Assembly (NCBI GenBank): GCA_963814875.1
Contig: CAWFFJ010000026.1
Coordinates: 82,184-146,183 of the forward strand
Length of the DNA stretch: 64,000 bases
DNA from: an uncultured Acidobacteriota bacterium
GTDB taxonomy: Bacteria > Acidobacteriota > Thermoanaerobaculia > Thermoanaerobaculales > Sulfomarinibacteraceae
Reading direction: 5' to 3'
This document shows, piece after piece, positions 54,695 through 64,000 of this stretch. Position numbers and translations under genes: made by a program. The notes beneath the pieces are model-generated. The model was not told where the DNA came from, did not search any database, and saw only the letters and a program-made list of their open reading frames with translations. The first letter of the stretch is position 1; each line of letters starts with the position of its first letter.

Positions 54695-55390
54695 CTAACG
54701 CGCGCGGCGGCGCGGGGGCGGGGTTGGAGCAGGCGTCGGCGTCAGGACCGGCGAGATCTCGACCACGACCAGCAGCGGGACTGCCGTCAGAGAGCGCAGC
54801 AGAGGATGGGGCAGCCTCGGCTGGACCGCGGCCTCGACCGCTCCAGTGGCACCGTCGATCGAGACCGGAGTGGTCTCGATCTCCTCGAGTGCGCCGACCA
54901 GGCTCGCGGGGCCTTGGACGTTGAGCCGGGCCGGAGCGACCCGGACCTCCGTGACCTCGTAACCCGGCGCCGGGGTTCCCTCCACGGTCGGTTTGACAGG
55001 CAGGCTGGTTCGCCGCAGCCGCTCGAGCTCGACCATCACGGCCGGGGGGTCGACGCTGACCACCGAGACCTCCGGCGGGAGCTGCATGTCCGACGTGTTG
55101 ATCGGGAAGTCAAAGATCCCGGGACGGGCGTTGGAGAGATCAAGGAGTACCTCGAGCGGTGAGGTCGGGTCGAGGGTTCGCGAAAGCGGACCCTGGAGCT
55201 GGACCGACACCGACTCGGGCACGTTCGACGTGATCACAAGGTCGCGCGGCACGTTGACCAGGGTGAGCGGGACCTTGACGCCGCGGACCGACATCTCCTC
55301 GCGGCTCCGCCGTGCGGGTCCGTACCAGAGCACGAACGCGACCACGACGGCAATCAGAAACAGGACAGGATGCCGAGGGCGCAGCCTCAC
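54695..55390 (-). CDS. cdaR: YbbR-domain protein (CdaR-like regulator of the diadenylate cyclase)
   Basis: Has an N-terminal transmembrane segment, then YbbR-like repeats (VKVPLTLVNVPRDLVITSNVPESVSVQLQGP). GTGA overlap with cdaA. Confidence 0.8.
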   Translation of the reverse strand: MRLRPRHPVLFLIAVVVAFVLWYGPARRSREEMSVRGVKVPLTLVNVPRDLVITSNVPESVSVQLQGPLSRTLDPTSPLEVLLDLSNARPGIFDFPINTSDMQLPPEVSVVSVDPPAVMVELERLRRTSLPVKPTVEGTPAPGYEVTEVRVAPARLNVQGPASLVGALEEIETTPVSIDGATGAVEAAVQPRLPHPLLRSLTAVPLLVVVEISPVLTPTPAPTPPPRRRAR

Positions 55391-56190
55391 GCCGCCTCCT
55401 CGCCCGCCGGACGAAGCTGGTAGAGCTGCTCGGCGAGGGCGTTGCGCAGGGTCGTGTCGTCCAGCGGCCGCAGCAGCTGGCCGTCGACGGCGAGCGAGAT
55501 CGTGCCGGTCTCCTCGGAAACGACGATGACGAGGGCGTCGGTCTCCTCGGACAGCCCGAGTGCAGCGCGGTGGCGGGTACCGAGCTCAGTGGAGAGCTCG
55601 TGCCGCGTGGTCAGCGGCAGGAAACAGGACGCCGCGACGATGGTCTCGCCGCGCAGGATCACCGCGCCGTCGTGAAGAGGCGTCCCGGGGATGAAGATGT
55701 TGAGTAGCAGGTCGTAGGAGAACCGCGCGTCGAGCGGGATACCGGTGTCGGCCCATGTCGCGAGGGTGTCGCGGCGCTCGATGGCGATCAGCGCCCCGGT
55801 GCGTTGTGAGGCCAGGGCCTGAGCCGCGAGGGCGAGCTCGTTGAGCAGGACCGAGCCCGCGCCGGAGCCACCGAGACGGAACCGGGCGGTCGAGCCGAAG
55901 ACCGTGAGCATACGCCGGATCTCCTGCTGAAAGAGCACGATGATTGCGATCGGCAGGAACCCGAGCAGGTAGTTGAGGATACGCGCGAGGGTCGCGAGCT
56001 TGAGCGCCGCGGCTGCCGCCGTCACCACGACCACGATCAAGAGGCCCCACAACATCTGCATCGCGCGGGTGTGTCGCAGCAGGACCAGCAGGGCATAGAT
56101 CAGGAGGGCGACTGTGAAGATGTCGATCGCGTCGGTGATTCGGAAGTCGAGCGCAGTGATCTCTCGCAGCAGTCCGAGGAGTGAGCTCAT
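55387..56190 (-). CDS. cdaA: Membrane diadenylate cyclase CdaA (DisA_N/DAC domain)
   Basis: Has three N-terminal transmembrane segments and the DAC motifs GALIAIER, PLHDGAVIL, GTRHRAALGLSEETDALVIVVSEETG. Confidence 0.9.
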   Translation of the reverse strand: MSSLLGLLREITALDFRITDAIDIFTVALLIYALLVLLRHTRAMQMLWGLLIVVVVTAAAAALKLATLARILNYLLGFLPIAIIVLFQQEIRRMLTVFGSTARFRLGGSGAGSVLLNELALAAQALASQRTGALIAIERRDTLATWADTGIPLDARFSYDLLLNIFIPGTPLHDGAVILRGETIVAASCFLPLTTRHELSTELGTRHRAALGLSEETDALVIVVSEETGTISLAVDGQLLRPLDDTTLRNALAEQLYQLRPAGEEAA

Positions 56191-57046
56191 CGACCCGACT
56201 CCAACAGCCGTTGCGCAACCGCCAGGAACTGGACAACCGCGGCAACGTCGTGTACCCGGACCACGGCTCGCTCGAGGCCGAGGCTCGGCAGGAGGGCGGC
56301 GAGAGTGCCCGGGATTCTCTCCGTGGTGGGCGCCCCGGTGATCCGACCGATGAACGACTTGCGCGAGGGCCCGACGACGACGGGATGGCCGAGTGCCGCG
56401 AGGTCGGGCAGCGCCGCGAGGAGGGCAAGGTTGCCGTCAAGGTCCTTGCCGAAACCGATGCCCGGGTCGAGCCAGATCCGCTCCGGGGAGATCCCGGCAG
56501 CGAGTGCGTCGGCAGCCCGGCCGGCCAGCTCGCCGTGAACCTCGGCGACGACGTCGCGGTAGTGCGTGTCGCGCTGCATGGTGCGCGGGTTGCCTCGCAT
56601 GTGCATGAGCACGATTGCGGCCCCTGCCGCCGCAACCGTGGGCAGCATCGCGGGATCCGAGGCGGCCGTCACGTCATTGACGAGATCGGCGCCGGCGGCG
56701 AGGGCGGCGCCGGCGACATCCGCCTTGGAGGTATCGACCGAAATCGTGAGCTCGGGGTGCCGGGAGCGAAGCGCCGCAATCACCGGTTGTACGCGAGCGG
56801 TCTCGACCTCGGCCGGTACGTCCTTGGCCCCGGGCCGCGTCGACTCGCCTCCGACGTCGAGAAGGTCGGCGCCGGCCGCCACCAGGACGTCGCCGTACGC
56901 AACGGCAGCGTCCGCAGCAAGATAGGGCCCGCCGTCGGAGAACGAGTCGGGTGTGCAGTTGACGATGCCCATGACGGCCGGCCGACGTCGTCGCCAGATC
57001 GCCGCGAGGCGGTCGGCCCGGACAGCAGCCGGAGAGGGACAGGTGC

Positions 57047-57050
<4 letters not shown>
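56187..57050 (-). CDS. folP: Dihydropteroate synthase
   Basis: Contains [16 protein letters not shown] and [11 protein letters not shown]. Confidence 0.92.
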
Positions 57051-58939
<1,889 letters not shown>

Positions 58940-59024
58940 GCCCTGTGTCCCTTCTGGGACCGCCAACCCCTGGCGCCCCTCGGCAAAACCCCAATGCAGG
59001 AGGGGTTGTTCCCCGGCCGGTGCG

Positions 59025-59549
59025 TTACGGAGCCTCTTCGAGAACGCATAGGTCGGGGCGGTTCGCGAACTGATTCCGACTGATGCCCAGGCCGTACCCG
59101 ACGAGGAACCCCTCGGGGACCTGAGTGAACAGTGCGTAGCGCGCAATCAGGTTCACGCTGCGCAGCTGGGGCTTGTCGACCAGCGCGAGAACCTCGATCG
59201 ACGCCGGGCGCTGCTGGCTGAGGTGAGTGATGAGGTAGTTTTCTGTGACACCCGAATGGAGGACATCCTTGAGAATCAGGACGTGTCGGTCCTTGACGTT
59301 GAAGTTGGTGGCGTAGGTCAGCAGGACGACCTCTCCACGTTCGCCGACTGTCGTCGTGACATCGACGAACTCGAAGTCGATCGGAATCTTCAAGGCACGG
59401 GCGAGATCGGGGAGCAGGAAGGCGATGCCTTTCAGGATTCCGACCAGTACCAACGGCGTGCCATGGTAGTCAGCCGCGATCTGCTCGGCTACTTCGGAGA
59501 CCCGGCGCCGGATCTCCTCCTCGGAGTGAACGACCCGCAGCCCGGTCAT
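59025..59549 (-). CDS. hpt: Hypoxanthine phosphoribosyltransferase
   Basis: Has the PRPP motif [13 protein letters not shown] and the usual tilS-hpt-ftsH order. GGAGGTGG lies upstream of ATG 59549. Confidence 0.9.
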   Translation of the reverse strand: MTGLRVVHSEEEIRRRVSEVAEQIAADYHGTPLVLVGILKGIAFLLPDLARALKIPIDFEFVDVTTTVGERGEVVLLTYATNFNVKDRHVLILKDVLHSGVTENYLITHLSQQRPASIEVLALVDKPQLRSVNLIARYALFTQVPEGFLVGYGLGISRNQFANRPDLCVLEEAP

Positions 59550-60847
59550 GTGCAGTCCACCTCCATGGGAAACGTGCCGGGGCCGAGACGGCTCACGGCA
59601 GCCCATACTCCTGGAATCCAGGTAATTCTAGCATCCACGACGACCACGGGCCATGCGCCGCGCAGATGTCGGGGCAGCGCCTCCGCCATTCTCCGTCTGG
59701 CCGCAACCGGACCCTTCGATGTCTCGAGCACGTCATCCGGTCGGGGAGAGCGAACCAGTACTCTTTCGGTCGCGGGGAGTAGCGTGTGCCAGGCACTTGC
59801 GCCGGTGCAGCCAGTGCCGAGGCGGGCTTCCAGGCCGGGCACGGCGAGCGGAGCGCACTGGCCGGCGGTCAGCTCCTGACGCCATTCGGGCAAGGGGGCG
59901 GGAGGCTCCAGCCACACGCGGCCGCGGGCCAGGCGCAAGCGCCAGCGGCCGGCCAGAGCCAGCCCCCGCGGGGTTCCATTTTCGATCAACCCGTGGAGGA
60001 GCTCGATCTGGCGCCGGGTCACGGAGCCGATTCCCCACCGGAGCGCCTCGGCGTGGAGCCAGCGGGTCCGCAGTGCCCGCGGTGCGGCCGCGAGGTCGGC
60101 CGACGGCACGCCGCCCTGGGGGTGCCATGGGTCGAGCCGGCCGATCAAAGGCGCGGCGGCGGCGGCGAGGCAGGCGTCGTCCTCGGCCAGGGCCGCGGCG
60201 AGGGCGACCAGGTGATCGCGGACGCGTGGCGATGCGGCTTCGAGAGCCGGAAGGAGGTGGTGGCGCACCCGGTTGCGCGGATGGCGCAGGTCGCGGTTCG
60301 AGCTGTCCTCCCTCCAACTCAGCCCTTTCGCCTCGAGCCAGACAGTAATCTCGACGCGTCCCCACGGCAGCAGCGGGCGCACGATTCGGCCGTCTTGGCT
60401 GCGGGAAGCGATGCCGGCCAGGGCCCGCGGGCCCCCACCGCGGAGCAGCTGGACGAGAACGCCCTCGGCAACGTCATCGCGGTGGTGAGCAGTGGCCACC
60501 GCAGCCGCGCCGGTGCGCGACGCGAGCTCGAGCAGAGCCCGATAGCGCAGGCGCCGCCAACCGGCCTCACGTCCCTCGGCCGGGCTGCGCTCGGGCTCCA
60601 GGTGGACGACGTGAAAGCGCAACCCGAGATCATCGGCGAGCCTGCGGCAGAAGGCCTCGTCGCCGTCCGCCTCCGCACCGCGGGTGTGGTGGTGGACGTG
60701 AGCCACTTCGAGCTCGAACCCGGCGTCGGCCAGCAGGTGGAGCAGGGCGACCGAGTCCCGACCACCCGAGACGGCGACCATCAGCCGCCGCCCGACGAGG
60801 TCGGGAAACGCGCGCTCGATATGGCGGGGAAACCCGTCCAGAGACAT
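59546..60847 (-). CDS. tilS: tRNA(Ile)-lysidine synthetase
   Basis: Has the PP-loop VAVSGGRDSVALLHLL. The length is 433 aa. ATGA overlap with hpt. Confidence 0.9.
   Translation of the reverse strand: MSLDGFPRHIERAFPDLVGRRLMVAVSGGRDSVALLHLLADAGFELEVAHVHHHTRGAEADGDEAFCRRLADDLGLRFHVVHLEPERSPAEGREAGWRRLRYRALLELASRTGAAAVATAHHRDDVAEGVLVQLLRGGGPRALAGIASRSQDGRIVRPLLPWGRVEITVWLEAKGLSWREDSSNRDLRHPRNRVRHHLLPALEAASPRVRDHLVALAAALAEDDACLAAAAAPLIGRLDPWHPQGGVPSADLAAAPRALRTRWLHAEALRWGIGSVTRRQIELLHGLIENGTPRGLALAGRWRLRLARGRVWLEPPAPLPEWRQELTAGQCAPLAVPGLEARLGTGCTGASAWHTLLPATERVLVRSPRPDDVLETSKGPVAARRRMAEALPRHLRGAWPVVVVDARITWIPGVWAAVSRLGPGTFPMEVDCT
59625..59633 (-). promoter_or_regulatory. Candidate extended -10 (TGcTAGAAT) inside the tilS 3' end, serving hpt-ftsH
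   Basis: The minus strand reads GGATGCTAGAATTACC, about 75 nt upstream of ATG 59549. Confidence 0.35.
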
Positions 60848-60854
60848 CGGGGAG

Positions 60855-60929
60855 TGGTGGCGGTGGGTGGAATTGAACCACCGACACGGGGCTTATGAGA
60901 CCCCTGCTCTGCCGCTGAGCTACACCGCC
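60855..60929 (-). tRNA. tRNA with anticodon CAU, either elongator Met or the Ile2 lysidine substrate. CCA is encoded.
   Basis: The reverse complement is GGCGGTGTAGCTCAGCGGCAGAGCAGGGGTCTCATAAGCCCCGTGTCGGTGGTTCAATTCCACCCACCGCCACCA. It folds as a cloverleaf with a 7-bp acceptor stem, GTTCAAT T-loop and CTCATAA anticodon loop. The G1-C72 pair argues against an initiator. Confidence 0.88.
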
Positions 60930-60939
60930 GGGCCGCGGT

Positions 60940-60969
60940 ACTTTAACGCCGGGGTACGCGCCACGTCAA
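60940..60969 (-). promoter_or_regulatory. Candidate sigma70-type promoter of the tRNA(CAU)-tilS unit
   Basis: On the minus strand: TTGACG (60969-60964), 18-nt spacer, TAAAGT (60945-60940). It lies 10 nt upstream of the tRNA 5' end. Confidence 0.45.
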
Positions 60970-61002
60970 GGTGCTCCCGGCGGGGCGTGAGCGTCATCGC
61001 GG

Positions 61003-61008
61003 TATACT
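61003..61008 (+). promoter_or_regulatory. Candidate -10 box (TATACT) 7 nt before ATG 61016, in a leaderless arrangement
   Basis: Reads GGTATACT-ggcgtgc-ATG. There is no Shine-Dalgarno. Confidence 0.35.
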
Positions 61009-61015
61009 GGCGTGC

Positions 61016-61222
61016 ATGGCCGAGACGGAGCCTGAGGAGATTACAGCGTGCGGCAGGTGCGGTGTGGCGGTGTCGGAAGACTCGTTGCAAGCCTGCGCGA
61101 TCTGTCGTAGGCTATGCTGCCAACGTTGCGTCGTGGCTGGGTACGGTAGGATTTTCTGTTCAGTGAGTTGTCGCAACGTTTTCTTTTTCGGTGACGACGA
61201 TCTCGAGGACGTGGAGCCCTAG
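61016..61222 (+). CDS. Small (68-aa) Cys-rich, zinc-ribbon-like protein
   Basis: The sequence is MAETEPEEITACGRCGVAVSEDSLQACAICRRLCCQRCVVAGYGRIFCSVSCRNVFFFGDDDLEDVEP. It has nine Cys, including CxxC pairs. The local GC content is lower than its surroundings. Confidence 0.55.
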   Translation: MAETEPEEITACGRCGVAVSEDSLQACAICRRLCCQRCVVAGYGRIFCSVSCRNVFFFGDDDLEDVEP

Positions 61223-61245
61223 CGCCGCCGCGGTGGGTGAATTGA

Positions 61246-62457
61246 ATGGGTCAGAGACGTGACGAACTGCTGGAACGTGCCCGGGCACTGCCCGAGCTGC
61301 TGTTCCGCGCCGACCGTCAGCCGGTCGCGCTCAAGGCGCTTGGGGCGCGTATCTACGACGTCGACAACTTCGGCTACATCGACTACACGGGTGCCGGGGG
61401 TGCGGCGATCGTCGGGTACGCCAACCAGTTCATTCTCGACGCTGTGCGCAAGGTGCTCGGGAGCGGCCTGCCGGATGGGCTTCACGTCCCCCAGGAGGTC
61501 GAGCTCGCGGAGTCGCTGCAGCAGTTCCTGCCGTGGGCGTCGAGCTTGTGGCTGAGCCGGAACCAGGAAGAGGCGCTTCGCCGTGCCCTGCAGTGGGTTC
61601 GACGGCGCACCGGTCGCGACGGGATCCTGGTCCTCGATGGCGGCGCTCGGCTGCCGGTGGACGTCGTCGGAGGCGCTACGGAACGTGAGCGCGCACCGGT
61701 ACGTGAAGTGCCCGGGTGGGACCTGGCACGCATCGAGGCCTCCCTCACCGCGGGCGCATCCAAGATCGGCGCGCTGGTGGTGGACCCATTGATGACCCGT
61801 TTCGGCGTCATCCCGCCGCCCGAGGGCGTGGTGCGCCAGCTCGCTGAGCTGTGCCGGCGGATCGGCGTGCTCGTGGTGCTCGACGAGCGCGTCTCGGGCT
61901 TTCGGGTCGATCGTGGGGGCGCCGCGGCCTGGCTCGACGTGGTGCCTGATCTTGCGGTCTACGGCGGCGCGCTCGGCGGCGGGTTCCCGATCGGGGTGGT
62001 CGCCTTCCGTGAGCCGGCCGAGGTCGTCATGGATGTCGACAACGGTCCAGTGCCGGCGCCGCATCCGGTGTCGTTGGCAGCTGCCGACGCGGTCCTGTCG
62101 ATCCTCAAGAACAATACTATCTATGGCCGCCTCGAGGAACGCACCGAACAGCTCTCGAGCGGCATCTCGGCGCTCGCGGCGCGGTTCCAGAGGCCGATGA
62201 TGGTCAACCGCATCGGTTCAGTCTTTGCCCTCTTCATGAGTCGCGAGCCGGTGTGCAATGCCACTGCGGTAGAAGCAGCCGATCCGGCGGCCTACCGTCG
62301 GCTGGCGGATGCGCTCCAGGGGGAGGGCGTGCTGCTGCCGCATGAGCCAGGCGGGACGGCGTTCGTGTCCTCCGCGCACGGCGCCAAGGACATCGAGGAG
62401 ACCCTTGCGGTCTTCGAGCGTGTCCTGATGCGGCTGCACAAGGAGGACCTCCCGTAG
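61246..62457 (+). CDS. Class-III aminotransferase fold protein related to glutamate-1-semialdehyde 2,1-aminomutase, but lacking the PLP-binding lysine
   Basis: Contains RIYDVDNFGYIDYTGAGGAAIVGY, VVLDERVSGFRV and PDLAVYGGALGGGFPIG, the last aligning with HemL PDLTCLGKIIGGGMPVG. Confidence 0.8.
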   Translation: MGQRRDELLERARALPELLFRADRQPVALKALGARIYDVDNFGYIDYTGAGGAAIVGYANQFILDAVRKVLGSGLPDGLHVPQEVELAESLQQFLPWASSLWLSRNQEEALRRALQWVRRRTGRDGILVLDGGARLPVDVVGGATERERAPVREVPGWDLARIEASLTAGASKIGALVVDPLMTRFGVIPPPEGVVRQLAELCRRIGVLVVLDERVSGFRVDRGGAAAWLDVVPDLAVYGGALGGGFPIGVVAFREPAEVVMDVDNGPVPAPHPVSLAAADAVLSILKNNTIYGRLEERTEQLSSGISALAARFQRPMMVNRIGSVFALFMSREPVCNATAVEAADPAAYRRLADALQGEGVLLPHEPGGTAFVSSAHGAKDIEETLAVFERVLMRLHKEDLP

Positions 62458-62598
62458 TCCGCATGCCGAGCTCGCCGAAAGCGCGCGTCCGAAACCGTCT
62501 CAGCTCGCGCCGCGACGGGCCGCGTCTGCGTGCATCGTTGGGCCGCACGCCGTGGGCGGACTGCACCGGCGCGTCGTGCCGGGCGAGGAGGTGAGGTC

Positions 62599-63891
62599 GT
62601 GGCAACGCTCTCTGCCGAGGTCGAGCGAGCAGCGATCGTCGGGCTTGCCGTCGGCGGTTTGCCGCGATCCCTTGTCGAAGAGCACTTGGACGAGCTGGAG
62701 CGGCTCGTCGAGACCGCCGGTGGGCAGGTCGTCGAGCGCTTCGTGCAGGAGCGGTCGGCGCCCGACCCCGCGACGGTGGTCGGCTCGGGCTTCCTGTCGG
62801 ACCTGGCCGAACGCTGCCGGGAGCTCGACGTCCGCTCGCTGGTCTTCGATGATGACCTCACCGGATCCCAGCTCCGCAACATCGAGCGGGTCCTCCCCGA
62901 CGACGTGAAGGTGCTCGATCGCGCCGCAGTGATCCTCGACATCTTCGCCCAGCGGGCGCGCTCGCGCGAGGCGCAGACCCAGGTTGAGCTCGCCCAACTG
63001 AGCTACCTGCTGCCGCGCCTGACACGTCGCTGGCGACACCTCGGTCGCCAGGCCGGCGGTATCGGCACCCGCGGCGTTGGCGAGACCCAGCTCGAGATCG
63101 ACCGCCGGCTGATCGGTGCCCGCATCAGCCACCTGAAGCGCAAGCTGGCCACCATCGAGCGCGACCGGAGGCTCCGACGCGAGCGGCGGACGGAGCTCGC
63201 GACAGTGGCGCTTGTCGGCTACACCAATGCCGGCAAGTCGTCGCTCTTCCGCCGCCTCACGAGTCAGGAGGTGTTGGTCGAGGACCGGCTGTTCGCAACC
63301 CTCGACCCTCGCACCCGACGCTTCGCGCTCGGTGACGGGGTGGTTGCGGTGGTGACCGATACGGTCGGGTTCATCCGCAAGCTGCCCCACGATCTCGTCG
63401 CCCCGTTCCGCTCCACTCTCGAGGAAGCGGCCAGCGCCGACATCCTGCTCCACGTCGTCGATGTCAGCCATCCCGGATGGCGCGACCATCTCGTCGTCGG
63501 GAGCAGCGTTCTCGACGGGCTCGAAGTCGACCCCGCGCGAGTCCTCGTTGTGCTGAACAAGATTGACCTGCTTCCCGGCGGGACCCGACCCGAGGCGCCG
63601 GACGGAGAGCCTGCGGCACGGGTGTCCGCAGCGACGGGGGCCGGGGTCGACTCCCTCCTCGTTGAGCTGCGTCGGCGGCTGCTCAATGCCGACGGCGTGA
63701 CCACGGTCAGGGTCCCCATTGATCAACCCGAGATGGTGGAGCGCGCTCTCGCGCTACCGCACCAGGTGGCGCGACGTTTCGATGACCAGGCGGTTTCGGT
63801 GGCCGCCAGGGTCGATGCGGCAGGTCTCGCCACGCTCGGCCTCGACCGCTATTGTGTCCCCAGCTGGACGGCCGCAGACGGCCACTGCTGA
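62599..63891 (+). CDS. hflX: GTPase HflX
   Basis: Has the HflX N-domain and the G1 motif LVGYTNAGKSSLFRRLT, plus DTVGFIRKLPHDLV and LNKIDL. GTG 62599 is preceded by GAGGAGGTGAGG. Confidence 0.88.
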   Translation: MATLSAEVERAAIVGLAVGGLPRSLVEEHLDELERLVETAGGQVVERFVQERSAPDPATVVGSGFLSDLAERCRELDVRSLVFDDDLTGSQLRNIERVLPDDVKVLDRAAVILDIFAQRARSREAQTQVELAQLSYLLPRLTRRWRHLGRQAGGIGTRGVGETQLEIDRRLIGARISHLKRKLATIERDRRLRRERRTELATVALVGYTNAGKSSLFRRLTSQEVLVEDRLFATLDPRTRRFALGDGVVAVVTDTVGFIRKLPHDLVAPFRSTLEEAASADILLHVVDVSHPGWRDHLVVGSSVLDGLEVDPARVLVVLNKIDLLPGGTRPEAPDGEPAARVSAATGAGVDSLLVELRRRLLNADGVTTVRVPIDQPEMVERALALPHQVARRFDDQAVSVAARVDAAGLATLGLDRYCVPSWTAADGHC

Positions 63892-63914
63892 GCAGGCCGC
63901 CACGGGAGGCTGCG

Positions 63915-64000
63915 ATGCCGATCTACGAGTTCCTCTGCAGTCGTTGCAACCGGATCTATAGCTTCCATTCCTTCCGGGTCGACACCGACAAGGTGCCGGT
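63915..64000 (+). CDS. FmdB-family zinc-ribbon protein, 5' part only (runs off the window)
   Basis: Begins MPIYEFLCSRCNRIYSFHSF. The MPIYEY.C..C start is typical of the FmdB/CxxC_CxxC_SSSS family. GGGAGG lies 5 nt upstream of the start. Confidence 0.7.
   Translation, partial: MPIYEFLCSRCNRIYSFHSFRVDTDKVP

Overview
This is a very GC-rich, gene-dense chromosomal segment with about 55 protein genes and 1 tRNA. It comes from a diderm bacterium; the phylum cannot be assigned from sequence alone. I found no rRNA, CRISPR array, transposase, integrase or recognisable defence gene.

Gene order, left to right:
- 3' end of a PilY1-like pilus adhesin, followed by two unknown envelope proteins
- divergent M3 (PepF) and M16 peptidases
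- a Ser/Thr kinase plus MBL-hydrolase operon
- a MoxR-DUF58-BatA-BatB-BatD (Bat/aerotolerance-type) operon
- GAF-GGDEF cyclase, HtrA, DUF3467, a LolA-like protein
- tgt-yajC-secD-secF, relA/spoT, rpmB
- pilMNOPQ, followed by a lipoprotein, a 1215-aa multi-Ig lipoprotein, an acidic TPR protein and a Roadblock/LC7 protein
- accBC, aroK, a metallophosphoesterase, a HEAT-cyclophilin-thioredoxin-like fusion, a 2-hydroxyacid dehydrogenase
- a GT2 + GT39 glycosyltransferase pair, a CNNM/CorC transporter, Mrp/ApbC, an alpha/beta hydrolase
- a minus-strand run: tRNA(CAU)-tilS-hpt-ftsH-folP-cdaA-cdaR-glmM
- a small Cys-rich protein, a HemL-like protein, hflX, and the start of an FmdB-type zinc-ribbon gene

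Most noteworthy observations:
1. The pilus block is extended by uncharacterised surface and regulatory genes.
2. Every apparent reading-frame disruption I found falls in pilus-associated genes: the pilY1 tail, its downstream neighbour, and pilQ.
3. A recurrent TAGAAT-type -10 box often sits 3-7 nt before a start codon, which implies leaderless mRNAs.
4. Two large intergenic palindromic elements are present.
5. A HemL paralogue lacks the catalytic lysine.
6. A tRNA(CAU) gene ends 7 nt upstream of tilS.

All functional calls rest on motifs I recognised by eye in the supplied translations. No database search was run.
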